In this document: one piece after another, positions 47,502 through 59,126 of the stretch
Layout of the letters: the number at the start of each line of letters is the position of its first letter
Position numbering within the stretch: position 1 is the stretch's first letter
Assembly (NCBI RefSeq): GCF_963921235.1
Contig: NC_086097.1
Coordinates: 96,164,001 to 96,228,000 of the forward strand
Source: Mobula hypostoma
Taxonomy: Eukaryota
Direction: 5' to 3'
DNA length: 64,000 nucleotides
Notes under the pieces: model-generated
What the model was told of the DNA's origin: nothing
The model's input: the letters and a program-made list of their open reading frames with translations, nothing else
The model's database searches: none
Program-made: the position numbers and the translations under genes

Positions 47502-48030
47502 CACTGGACAACAATTTTTTTGAAAGTTTTGCTCCCTCAGACCGCTTGAAATTGAAACACAAATATGATTTAAGACTACTTGTATCATGAATCAATATTT
47601 GGAGAAACAAGAAATACACTTTTATTGAATATAATGTGTTTAATAGCATAGCAGTGCTGACGCTTTGCAATAGTTCAACAAAGCTAAAAATGTTTTGTTG
47701 ATGATTTTCATTTGTGCTCAGTGTCTGAGGTTTCTTGCTTAGGTGTCCAACAATAATCAACCACCATTGATGGATTCCAGTTGCCCTGATACTGTTTCTC
47801 TCTGACCTCAATGTCCTGGTGAAACCTTTCACTGTGCTCATCACTGACTGTGCCAAGATTTGCAGGGAAGAAGTCTAAATGGGAATGCAGAAAATGAATC
47901 TTCAGTGACATGTAGCACTTCATGGATTTATATGCTTGAAACATGTTTTCAACCAGCTCTGTAGTTGCCAAGAGAATTTTCAACAACATCCTTGAATGCC
48001 TTCCGTGCAATTTCCTCTGGTCGCACTAGA
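47502..48030 (-). mobile_element. Chapaev3-like (CMC superfamily) DNA transposon 3' remnant
   Basis: ORF MSLKIHFLHSHLDFFPANLGTVSDEHSERFHQDI..YQGNWNPSMVVDYCW matches my recollection of the Chapaev3 transposase C-terminus. Terminus CACTG at 47502. Confidence 0.7.
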
Positions 48031-48034
48031 AGTT

Positions 48035-49570
48035 AGAAACATAGAAACATAGAAAACCTACAGCACAATACAGGCCCTTCGGCTCAGAAAGCTGTGCCGA
48101 ATATGTCCTTACCTTAGAAATTACCTAGGGTTACCCAAAGCCCTCTAGTTTTCTAAGCTCCATGTATCCATCCAGGAGTCTCTTAAAAGACCCTATCGTT
48201 TCCTCCTCCACCATTGCCACCTACAGCCCATTCCACGCACTCACCACCTCTGCATAAAAAAACTTACCCCTGATATCTCCTCTGTACCTACTTCCAAGCA
48301 CCTTAAAACTATGCCCTCTGGTGCTAGCCATTTTAGCCCTGGGAAAAAGCCTTTGACTATCCACATGATCAATGCCTTTTATTATCTTGTATACCTCTAT
48401 CAGGTCACCTCTCATCCTCCATCGCTCCAAGGAGAAAAAGACCGAGTTCACTCAACCTGTTCTCAAAAGGCATGCTCCCCAATCCAGGCAACATCCTTGT
48501 AAATCTCCTCTGCACCTTTTCTATGGTTTCTACATCCTTCCTGTAGTGAGGTGACCAGAATTGAGCACAATATTCCAAGTGGGGTCTGACCAGGGTCCTA
48601 TATAGCTGCAACATTATCTCTCAGCTCTTAAATTCAATCCCACCATTGATGAAGGCCAATGCACTGTGTGTCTTCTTAACCACAGAATCAACTTGAGCAG
48701 CAGTTTTGAGTGTCTTGTGGACTTGGACCCCAAGATCCCTCTGATCCTCCACACTGCCAAGAGTCTTACCATTAATGCTATATTTTGCCATCATATTTGA
48801 CCTACCAAAATGAACCACCTCACACTTATCTGGGTTGAACTCCATCTGCCACTTCTCAGCCCAGTTTTACATCCTATCAATGTCCAGCTGTAACCTCTGA
48901 CAGCCCTCCACACTATCCACAACACCCCCAACCTTTGTATATTCAGCAAATTTACTAACCCATCCCTTCACTTCCTCATCCAGGTCAGTTATAAAAATCA
49001 CAAGGAGTAGGGGTCTCAGAACAGATCCCTGAGACACACCACTGGTCACCGGCCTCCATGCAGAATATGACCTGTCTACAACCACTCTTTGCCTTCTGTG
49101 AGCAAGCCAGTTCTGGATCCACAAAGCGATGTCCCCTTGGATCCCATGCCTCCTTACTTTCTCAATAAGCCTTGCATGGGGTACTTTATCAATGCCTTGC
49201 TGAAATCCATATACACTACATCTACTGCTCTACCTTCATCAATGTGTTCAGTCACATTCTCAAAAAATTCAATCAGGTTCGTAAGGCACAACCTGCCTTT
49301 GACAAAGCCGTGCTGACAATTCCTAATCATATTATGCCTCTCAAACGTTCATAAATCCTGCCTCTCAGGATCTTCTCCATCAACTCACCAACCACTGAAG
49401 TAAGACTCACTGTTCTATAATCTCCTGGGCTATCTCTACTCCCTTTCTTGAATAAGGGAACAAGATCCGCAACCCTCCAATCCTCCGGAACCTCTCCCGT
49501 CCTCATTGATGATGCAAAGATCATCACCAGAGGCTCAGCCATCTCCTTCCTCACTTCCCACAGTAGTCTT
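48035..49570 (-). mobile_element. CR1 LINE, 5'-truncated RT region and tail
   Basis: Reverse-complement homolog of 5150-6622 and 54230-55737. Tail agaaacatagaaacatagaaa. Confidence 0.95.
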
Positions 49571-49779
49571 CTTCAAATTGCCGGCCATTGATGACCTATT
49601 TTGATTTATGGACCAACAAAAGTACATTCCTTAATCGTGGCATCAGTTATTCTGACTTGAATTACGAATGGAAATACCAAGCATAGGCTATTTAGTGCAT
49701 GATAGGGAAATTTCATGGTGAGTTTTATGATCAGCAACCCAAAATCCATAAGATTCAGCCAAAAGTATTCAGAGAGCAA

Positions 49780-50990
49780 AACCTTTGTTGTCCAGTGTGA
49801 TCTGTCTGCCACTTTTTTCTTTGGTGGAGAAATCCATAAGTTCATCATCCTGTGGGTGAAGTCATTTATCTTTAAGGTTCTAAATGGCACACCCCAGATG
49901 CTGGGACTGCAACCTTTGGTTCAGTACTCCCCAGCTACTGGGAACATCTTCCCTGCTCCTGGTGCAAGTAGTTCTGTTAGAATTTCATCGATTTCAACAA
50001 GAACCACTCTCATTCTTCTCCTATAGATTCAATCTCTCCTCATATGCCAGCCCTGTCAGCCCAAGTACCAGTCTAGTAAACTTGGCCCCATTCTCACAGC
50101 AACAACATCTTTCCTCAGATAAGGAAGTCAAAACAACGATAAAACTTCATATGGGGTCTGATTAAGATCCTGTCATGAGACATCATTGCTTCTGTACTCA
50201 AATCCTTTTGCTGTAAAGCAAAAACCCAATTTGCCTTCCTAAACGGTTGTTGTGTCTGAGTACCTGCTTGCAGTGATGAGTGTGAAAGGACACTCAAATG
50301 TCATTTCCTTTCTGAGTTTGTTACCATTCATTTGATGCTGCAATCTCTCCTTCTGTTTATAGACCCCAAGTGGATAACTTCATATTTTTTCAATTGAACT
50401 ATCTCTCTCATACATCTGACCACCTTCCCCTACCTTCAAGTTGTCTTTGGAGGCTCTTTACATCCTTCTCCCAGCTCATATTCTTCCTTCCAAACCCACT
50501 TGTGTCATTTGCAAACTTAGAGAAGCATTTCATGTCTAATCCCACATGCTTTAATTTAATTTTATGTCTGTCCTAAAATAAAAGCCTCCTGAAAGTAAGT
50601 AGATCATATCCACTGATTCTTCCTTATTTAATTTGCTGGTTACATTCTCCAGTAGATAAAAGTATAATCTTGCTTCATAAACCTCTGCTGACTTTTCCCA
50701 ATCCCAAGAATGTTTTTCCACATTTCCTGCTATTTTATCTTTTACAACAAAATTTAACATTTTCCTCTTGATGACATTAAGGTTATTGGTTTGAAAAAAA
50801 CTTGTGTTCTTCCTTCCTTTTTTTAAAAAAAAAGAGAATTGAGTTACATTCACCACTCTCCAATCTGTAAAAGGAATATTGGAAGATGGCCTCCAGTGCA
50901 TTCAGGGCCCCTTCATTTACTCATTTCTCTGAAATACAGATTATTAGGCCCTGGGGCTTTGCCGATCTTTATCCCCATTCATTTCCCTGA
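49780..50990 (-). mobile_element. Highly decayed CR1
   Basis: Minus-strand remnants DWRVVNVT, FTHRMMNLW and LIRPH. Confidence 0.55.
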
Positions 50991-51323
50991 CACATTCCTT
51001 CACTGCTCCCTCCACTACTCTCTGCAAGCTTACTCTTATAATCCATCTTCTCCATCCTTATTTTTTTGTCCTCCTTTGCTGAATTCTAAACTGCTCCAAT
51101 CAGAATTGCTTTTATTGGCAAGTTAATAAAGATCTTTTTGGATTATATGCTATTTCTTCCTAGTAAGGACTGATGAGACTTCTTTCCAGATGCTTTTACA
51201 GCAGACAGGACTAAGATTTGGTTGTAATTCATGTATGCATTCATTAGATATTATCCATTGCCCACCTACTAGCAACCTAACTAATAAAGTCACCTGATCT
51301 ATCATGACCAACTTGCATCATTA

Positions 51324-51816
51324 CGAGGGGTGATTGATAAGTTCGTGGCCTAAGAGTCAGTTTTAGAAAACCTAGCACATTTCTTTTTCAGCGTAGTCTC
51401 ACCCTACATTTACACACTTAGTCCAGCGGTCGTGGAGCATACGGATCCCTTCTTCGTAGAAGTCGGTATCTTGGAACTCCAGAAAGAGGTCCACAGCAGG
51501 GGCGATTGATAGGTTCGTGGCCTAAGGTAGAAGGAGATGAGTTATACAGCTCTCGTTACATGCACGTGCAGTTCAACTCTTTGAGTGATTATGCATAAAG
51601 TTTGAAGTTAATAACTCATCTCCTTCTACCTTAGGCCATGAACTTATCAATCACCCCTGCTGTGGACACTTTCTGGGGGTCCAAGATCTGTATGCTCCAC
51701 GACCACTGGACTAAGTGTGTAAATGTAGGCGGGGACTATGTTGAAAAATAAATGTGCTAGGTTTTCTAAAATTGCCTCCTTCTACCTTAGGCCACGAACT
51801 TATCAATCACCCCTTG
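51324..51816. mobile_element. Mariner-type fold-back MITE, complete
   Basis: TA-CGAGGGGTGATTGATAAGTTCGTGGCCTAAG..CTTAGGCCACGAACTTATCAATCACCCCTTG-TA. It holds four copies of the TIR motif and is palindromic along almost its whole length. Confidence 0.9.
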
Positions 51817-52269
51817 TACCACTTCTATCCTCAGATTCAGTACTCTTACAATACACTTTCCACTATAATGCAGAACTCAGACATGTTGCGGTTACCCTTC
51901 CTGAAAGGGTGATAAAGAATTAGATTGAAAATTTATTCTCTTCTCATTCCACAATGCCTAGTCAAAGGTAGCCTGTATGTGAGTTGGTGCCTCAAAGTAT
52001 TTTTTTAAACATAATCATGTACGTAGAAAATCCTTCTCCATGGTACTAAGACTAATTTGATGTGAGCAATCTCTATGTAGATTAAAATCCATGATAACAT
52101 CTGTATCATTCTTGCAGGCACCTCTATTTTCCTATTTAATTCAATCCAACACCACTGCTGAGATAACCTCACCAACATTTTCCACCCGTAGATTCAATAC
52201 TAGCTTCTAACGTCTGGATCATTTGTTTCAGTTGATTTGTGGATAAATATCCACTAGGACACTGAGGAT

Positions 52270-52982
52270 AATAAGTTCAAAGTTCAAGGCTCAAAGTAAA
52301 TCTTATTATCAAAGTACATATATGTCATATATACAACCCTGAGATTCATTTTCTTGTGGGCATACTCAACAAATCTACAGAGTAATAGCTATAACAGAAT
52401 CAATGAAAGACCACTATTCAATCAGTGTGCAGAAGGCAACAAATTGAGCAAAAACAAGAAGAAGAAGCAATAGTGCTAAATAAATAAGCAATACATATTG
52501 AGAACATGAGATGAAGCATCCTTGAAGGTGAGTCCATCGGTTGTAGGAACTGTTCAGTGATGGGGCAAGTGAAGCCCAGTGAGGTTACAAACAAGAGAAA
52601 ATCTGCAGATGCTGGAAATCTGAGCAATCACAGAAAATGCTGGAGGAACTGAGCAGGCCAGGCAGCATCTATGGAAAAGAGTACAGCTGACGTTTCGGAC
52701 TGAGACCCTTCAGCAGGATGTGTTCAGTGAAGTTATTCACTTTGGTTCAAGAGCCTGATGGTTGAGGGATAGTAACTGTTCTTGAGCCTGGTACTATGAG
52801 CCCTGAGGCTCTTCCACATTCTTCATGATGGCAGCTGCAAGAAGAGAGCATGTCCTGGGTGGAGGGAATCCCTGATGATGCATGCTGCTTGTGTGTGACA
52901 GTGTTTCATGTGGATGTGCTCAATGATTGGGATGGCTTTAGCTGTGATGTACTGGGCCAAATCCACTACTTTTTGTGGGATT
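52270..52982 (-). mobile_element. Rex1-type 3' fragment with a nested Penelope pseudo-LTR piece (~52587-52720)
   Basis: Tail aagttcaaagttcaa and reverse homology to 22585-22940. The insert acaaacaagagaaaatctgcagatgctgg..gacgtttcggactgagacccttcagcagga carries a degenerate hammerhead. Confidence 0.7.
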
Positions 52983-52989
52983 AAAATAA

Positions 52990-55737
52990 CTAATATGAGA
53001 CATTACAGAGACTTGGATGCCTCAGGGGCAGGAATGGTTAGTTAGAATGCCAGGCTTTAGATGTTTCAGAAAGGACAGGGATGGAGGCAAAGGAGGTGGG
53101 GGCGTGGCACTGCTGATTAGAGATGGTATCACGGCTGCAGAAAAGGAGAAAGTCATGGAGGGATTGTCTACGGAGTCTCTGTGGATGAAAGTTAGGAACA
53201 GGAAGGGATCAATAACTCTACTGAGTGTTTTTTTATAGACCACCCAACAGTAACAGGGACATTGAGGAGCAGATAGGGAACAGATTCTGGAAAGGAGTAA
53301 TAATAACAGGGTTGTTGTGGGGGGTGATTTTAATTTCCCGAATATTGATTGGCATTTCCCTAGAGTGAGCAGTTTAGATGGGGTGGAGTTTGTTAGGTGT
53401 GTTCAAGAAGGTTTCTTGACACAATATGCCTACAAGAGGAGAGGCTGTACCTGATCTGGTATTGGGAAATGAACCTGGTTAGGTGTCAGCTCTCTCAGTG
53501 GGAGAACATTTTGGAGATGGTGATCACAGTTCTATCACCTTTACCATAGCATTGGAGAGGGGTAGGAACAGACAAGCTAGGGAAACATTTAATTGGAGTA
53601 AGGGGAAATATGAGGCTATCAGGCAGGAACTTGGAAGCATAAATTGGAAACAGATGTTCTCAGGGAAACATACAGAAGAAATGTGGCAAATGTTCAGGGG
53701 ATATTTGTGTGGTGTTCTGCGCAGATACGTTCCAATGAGACAGGGAAAGGATGGTAAGGTACAGGAACTGTGGTGTACAAAGGCTGTTGTAAATTTAGTC
53801 AAGAAGAAAAGAAGAGCTTGCGAAAGGTTCAAAAAATTAAGTAATGATAGAGATCTATAAGATTATAAGGCTAGCAGGAAAGAGCCTAAGAGTGAAATTA
53901 TTAGAGCCAGAAGGGGCCATGAGAAGGCCTTGGAGGACAGGATTAAGGAATACCCCAAGGCATTCTACAAATATGTGAAGAGCAAGAGGATAAGACGTGA
54001 GAGAATAGGACTAATTAAGTGTGACAGTGGAATAGTGTGTATGGAACCTGAGGAGATAGCAGAGGTACTTAATGAATACTTTGCTTCAGTATTCACTACA
54101 GAAAAGGATCTTGGCAATTGTAGGGATGACTTTTAGCAGACTGAAAAGCTTGAGCATGTAGTTATTAAGGAAGAGGATGTGCTGGAGCTTTTGGAAAGCA
54201 TCAAGTTGGATAAGTCACTGGGACCTACTGTGGGAAGCGAGGGAGGAGATTGCTGAGCCTCTGGCAATGATCTTTGCATCATCAGTGAGGACGGGAGAGG
54301 TTCTGGAAGATTGGAGGGTTGCGGATATTGTTCCCTTATTCGAGAAAGGGAGTAGAGATAGCCCAGGAAATTATAGACCAGTGAGTCTTACTTCAGTGGT
54401 TGGTAATTTGATGGAGAAGATCCTGAGAGGCAGGATTTATGACCATTTGGAGAGGCATAATATCATTAGGAATAGTCAGCTGGTTTTGTCAAAGGCAGGT
54501 CGTGCCTTATGAGCCTGACTGAATTTTTTAAGGATGTGACTAAACACATTGATGAAAGTAGAGTTGTAGATGTAGTGTATATGGATTTTAGCAAGGCATT
54601 TGATAAGGTACCCCATGCAAGGCTTATTGAGACAGTAAGGAGGCATGGGATCCAAGGGGACATTGCTTTGTGGATCCAGAACTGGCTTGCCCACATAAGG
54701 GAAAGAGTGGTTGTAGATGGGTCATATTCTGCATGGAGGTCGGTGACCAGTGGTGTGCCTCAGGGATCTGTTCTGGGACCCCTGCTCTTTGTGATTTTCA
54801 TAAATGACCTGGATGAGGAAGTGGAGGGATGGGTTAGTAAATCTGCTGATGACAAAGGTTGGGGGTGTTGTGGATAGTGTGGAGGGCTGTCAGAGGTTAC
54901 AGCAGGACATTGATAGAATGCAAAACTGGGCTGAGAAGTGGCAGATGGAGTTCAACCCAGGTAAGTGTGAGGTGGTTTATTTTGGTAGGTCAAATATGAT
55001 GGCATTTAGTACAAGACTCTTGACAGTGTGGAGGATCAGAGGGATCTTGGGGTCCGAGTCCCTAGGACACTCAAAGCTGCTGCGCAGGTTGACTCTGTGG
55101 TTAAGAAGGCATACGGTGCATTGGCCTTCATCAACCGTGGGATTGAGTTTAGGAGCCAAGAGGTAATGTTGCTTGTATATAGGACCCTGGTGAGACCCCA
55201 CCTGGAGTACTGTGCTCATTTCTGGTCGCCTCACTACAGGAAGGATCTGGAAACCATAGAAAGGGTGCAGAGGAGATTTACAAGGATGTTGCCTGGATTG
55301 GGGAGCATGCCTTATGAGAATGGGTTGAGTGAACTCGGCCTTTTCTCCTTGGAGCAACGGAGTATGAGAGGTGACCTGATAGAGGTGTACAAGATAATGA
55401 AAGGCATTGATCGTGTGGATAGTCAGAGGCTTTTTCCCCAGGGCTGAAGTAGCCAACATGAGAGGGCACAGTTTTAAGGTGCTTGGAAGCAGGTACAGAG
55501 GAGATGTCAGGGGTAAGTTTTTTATGCAGAGAGTGGTGAGTGCGTGGAATGGACTGCTGGCAACAATGGTGGAAGCAGAAACGATAGGGTCTTTTAAAAG
55601 GCTCCTGGACAGGTACATGGAGGTCAGAGAAGTAGAGGGCTATGGGTAAACCTAGGTAATTTCTAAGGTAAGGACATGTCTGGCACAGCTTTGTGGGCCA
55701 AAGGGCCTGTACTGTGCTGCAGGTTTTCTATGTTTCT
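52990..55737 (+). mobile_element. CR1 LINE, almost complete ORF2, inactivated
   Basis: Runs from APE (ITETW, GGGVALLI, GDFNFP) through RT to the tail ttctatgtttct, with several stops and frameshifts. Confidence 0.95.
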
Positions 55738-56525
55738 AAAATGCAGAATATTGTGTTACAGTTAGAGAAAGTGCAGAGCAGGTAGACAAAAAGTGCAAGA
55801 CCATGACAAGATGGATTTGAGGACAAATGCCTATCTTAAAGTATGAAGTTGCTCCTGGCTTTGTTCCTGGGATTTGGTATTAAAATGGGGTCTCAGAGAC
55901 ATTATGTTTGCTGAGGATAAGGATGTAACAGAGATTCCTTTACATTTTAACATCTTAAAGGCATCTTAAATACTTCAATGCCTCAAAGTATTTCTTTCTT
56001 CCTCTTTCTGACACGATGATATAGTTTATTTCTAGGGCTGCTGCATTACTGGAATTTTGCTCTTTCAGTAAATGACTTTTTTGGCTGCATTCTCTGCATA
56101 ATGGTCTGGTTGCAGTGGAATGAGGGAAATAGTCCTCACTCCCACCCAGTCAAGATCATTCAACACCAGACTGGATGCATCAGCATGTAATGCAGACTTT
56201 GGCTAAGGTGAGGAGCACATGAAGTGGGAGGTCTCTGTAAACATCTAACAATGATGCATTGTGGTACCCTGCCAATTATAGAGTTACTTATAACATGGAA
56301 TTTGGCAAGCAAGTGAGTGGGGAGGATTTTAAATTAGTAGGCCAGAGAAAATTTTTAAAAAATGTTTTAAATAGGTAGATAATGTATTAAAGAAATGGGC
56401 ACATAAATTTCATGATCCCAGGGATGGCCATAGTTGTTTATGGTGCTTTGCAGCAGGGATTGAAATGAATAGATGATGTACGTTAGATCAACATGCTTTA
56501 ATAAGCTGTCACACTCACCCAGCCA

Positions 56526-58513
56526 CAGTGGTGCTATAAAGTTTGTGAACCCTGTAGAACTTTCTCTATTTCTGCATAAATATGACCTAAAATATGATCA
56601 GATCTTCACACAAGTGCTAAAATTAGATAAAGAGAACCCAATTAAATAAATAATACAAAAACATTGATCCCATGATCCGCAAACACAAGGAAATCTGCGG
56701 GTGCTGGAATTCCAAGCAACACACATAAAAGTTACTAGCTCTTCTTTCAGTTAGTCCTGACGAAGGGTCTCGGCCCGAAATGTTGACTGTGCCTCTTCCT
56801 AGACATGCTGCCTGGCCTGCTGTGTTCACCAGCAACTTTTATGTGTGTTGCTTGATCCCATGATCCTCTCATATCCCCTTTGCCAATCAACTTTCTAGCT
56901 CTTAGCTCCATCCCTCCTCCTCCTGTCTTCTTCTATCATTTCGAATCTCCCCCTTCCCCTCCCACTTTCAAATCTCTTACTATCTCTTCTTTCAGTTAGT
57001 CCTGACAAAGGGTCTTAGCCCAAAACGTCGACTGTACCTCTTCCTATAGATTCTGCCTGGCCTGCTGTGTTCACCAGCAACTTTCATCTGTTTTGCTACA
57101 AAAACATTATACTTGTTCATTTACTTATTGAGAAAAATGATCCAATATTACATGTATTTGTTGGAAAAAGTATGTGAACCTTTGCTTTCAGTAACTGGTG
57201 TGACCCACTTGTACAGTGATAACTTCAACCAAACATTTTTGGTAACTGTTGATCAGTCTTGAACATCGGCTTGGAGGAATTTTAGGCATTCCTCCTTACA
57301 AAATTGCTTCAACTCTGGGATGTTGGTGGGTTTCCTTGCATGAACTGCTTGCTTCAGGATTAAGTTTAGAACTTCGATACGGCCAATCCAAAACACAAAT
57401 TTTCTTCTTTTTAAACTATTATGTTGTTGATTTATTCTTGTCTTTCGGATCACTGTCTTGCTGCATTATCCAACTTCTATTAAGCTTCAGGTGATGGACT
57501 GCTACCCTGACATTCTTCTGTAAAATGTCTTGATACAATTTTGAATTCATTGTTCCCTCAATAATTACAAGCTGTTCAGGCCCCGAGACAGTAAAGCAGC
57601 CCTAAAGCATGATGCTCCAGTTGGGATGAGGTTTTGGTGTTGGTGTGCAGCGCCCTTTTTTCTCCAAATATAGCAATGTGAATTCCTGCCAAAAAGTTCA
57701 ACTTTTGTCTCATCTGTTCACAGAACATTGTCCCAGAAGTGTTGTAGAACATCCAGGTGGTCTTTTTTTTTGAGAGGAGTGGATTCCTCCGTGGTGTCCT
57801 TCCACAAATGGCATTTTTGTTCAGTATTTTTCTTATAGAGGACACATGAACAGCGACTTTAGCAAGTTCTACAGATTTCTGCAGGCATTTTGCTGTTACC
57901 CTTGGGTTCTTTTTCACCTCCTTCAGCAATGCACGTTGTGCTCTTGGTGTGATCTTTGCAGGATGCTCACTCCTAGGGAGAGTAACAATAGTACTAAGTT
58001 TCCTCCATTTGTAAACAATTTGTCTTACTGTGGGCTGATGAACACTTAGGTCTTTAGAAATGCTTTTTTAGCCTTTTCCAGCTTCGTGCATTTCTACAAT
58101 TCTTCTTCTAACGTCCTCTGAAAGTTGTTTTGATCGAGGCATAGTTTTCTTTTTTTGAGAAGAGCAGGCTCTGTCAGTAACCTGATTTTGTGTGTCTCTT
58201 TTATAGAGCAGGGCACCTCTGCAACCCACACCTCCAATCTCAGCTCATTAATTGGAACACCTGACTCCAAAAGGCTTTTGTAGAAGGCATTACTGCAGAG
58301 GTTCACATACATTTTCCAACAAATATGTGAAATATTGGATCATTTTTTCTCAATAAATAAATGAACAAGTATCTTGCTTTTTACGTGTTATTTATTTAAT
58401 TGGGTTCTCTTTATGTAGTTTTAGGACACATGAAGAACTGATCACATTTCATGTCACATTTATGCAGAAATAGAGAAAATTCTACAGGGTTTGCAAACTT
58501 TCTAGCACCACTG
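56526..58513 (-). mobile_element. Tc1-like DNA transposon, inactivated, with left TIR interrupted
   Basis: Long TIRs CAGTGGTGCTA..TAGCACCACTG-TA. Minus-strand transposase remnants EVKKNPRVTAKCLQKS..GRTPRRNPLLSKK and LKQAVHARKPTNIPELKQFCKEE. Confidence 0.92.
56666..57096 (+). mobile_element. Penelope-like insertion with two tandem hammerhead-bearing pseudo-LTR pieces
   Basis: Exact 12-bp TSD TACAAAAACATT (56654-56665 and 57097-57108). Hammerhead motifs at 56753-56788 and 56998-57033. Confidence 0.85.
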
Positions 58514-58597
58514 TAGTTCTAACTGAACATTGTGGAGGTACCATCGGCAACATAAACAATTACAATAGAAACAAATGTACAGGTTTCATGAATATTC

Positions 58598-59126
58598 CAG
58601 ACATCCCACCTCTCCCGGATCTTCCGGGAGTCTCCTGCATATGAATAGTGGCTCCCTGATGCCCGAAAATTATATACAATATCACGGAAATCAATTTTTT
58701 TGAGAGCGAGAGCGAGAGAGAGAACAAGCAAGCAAGAGAGAAAGCAAAAGAGAAAGTGCGAGAGCGACCACAAGAGAGAGAGAGAGAGTGCACCATGGGA
58801 CAGTGTTCCAAAAAGAGAAAATATAAAACGTACATCACCCCAGACTACCCTAAAGTGTACCCCTGCCTAATAGGGGTCAAAAATAATAACACTGTTGCTC
58901 ACTGCGCTGTTTGCAACAGTGACTTTTCCATTGCCCATGGTGGGTTAAAATGTAAAAGGCATGTTGAGGTGAGTTTAACAGGTGTCATTCATTCATTAGC
59001 ATAGCTAACATTATTTAAACTAGCTGGCCAGCTGCTAAGGAGCTGCTCTATTGCAGACATCCCACCTCTCCTGCAAATTGATGATGCTGCCTCCCTGAAA
59101 TGAGTTTTTGTGGGGTGGGATGTCTG
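58598..59126 (+). mobile_element. Non-autonomous hAT-like element with 6-bp TSD and zinc-finger remnant
   Basis: TIRs CAGACATCCCACC..GGTGGGATGTCTG. Exact TSD ATATTC (58592-58597 and 59127-59132). ORF AHCAVCNSDFSIAHGGLKCKRH resembles a BED-type zinc finger. Confidence 0.85.
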
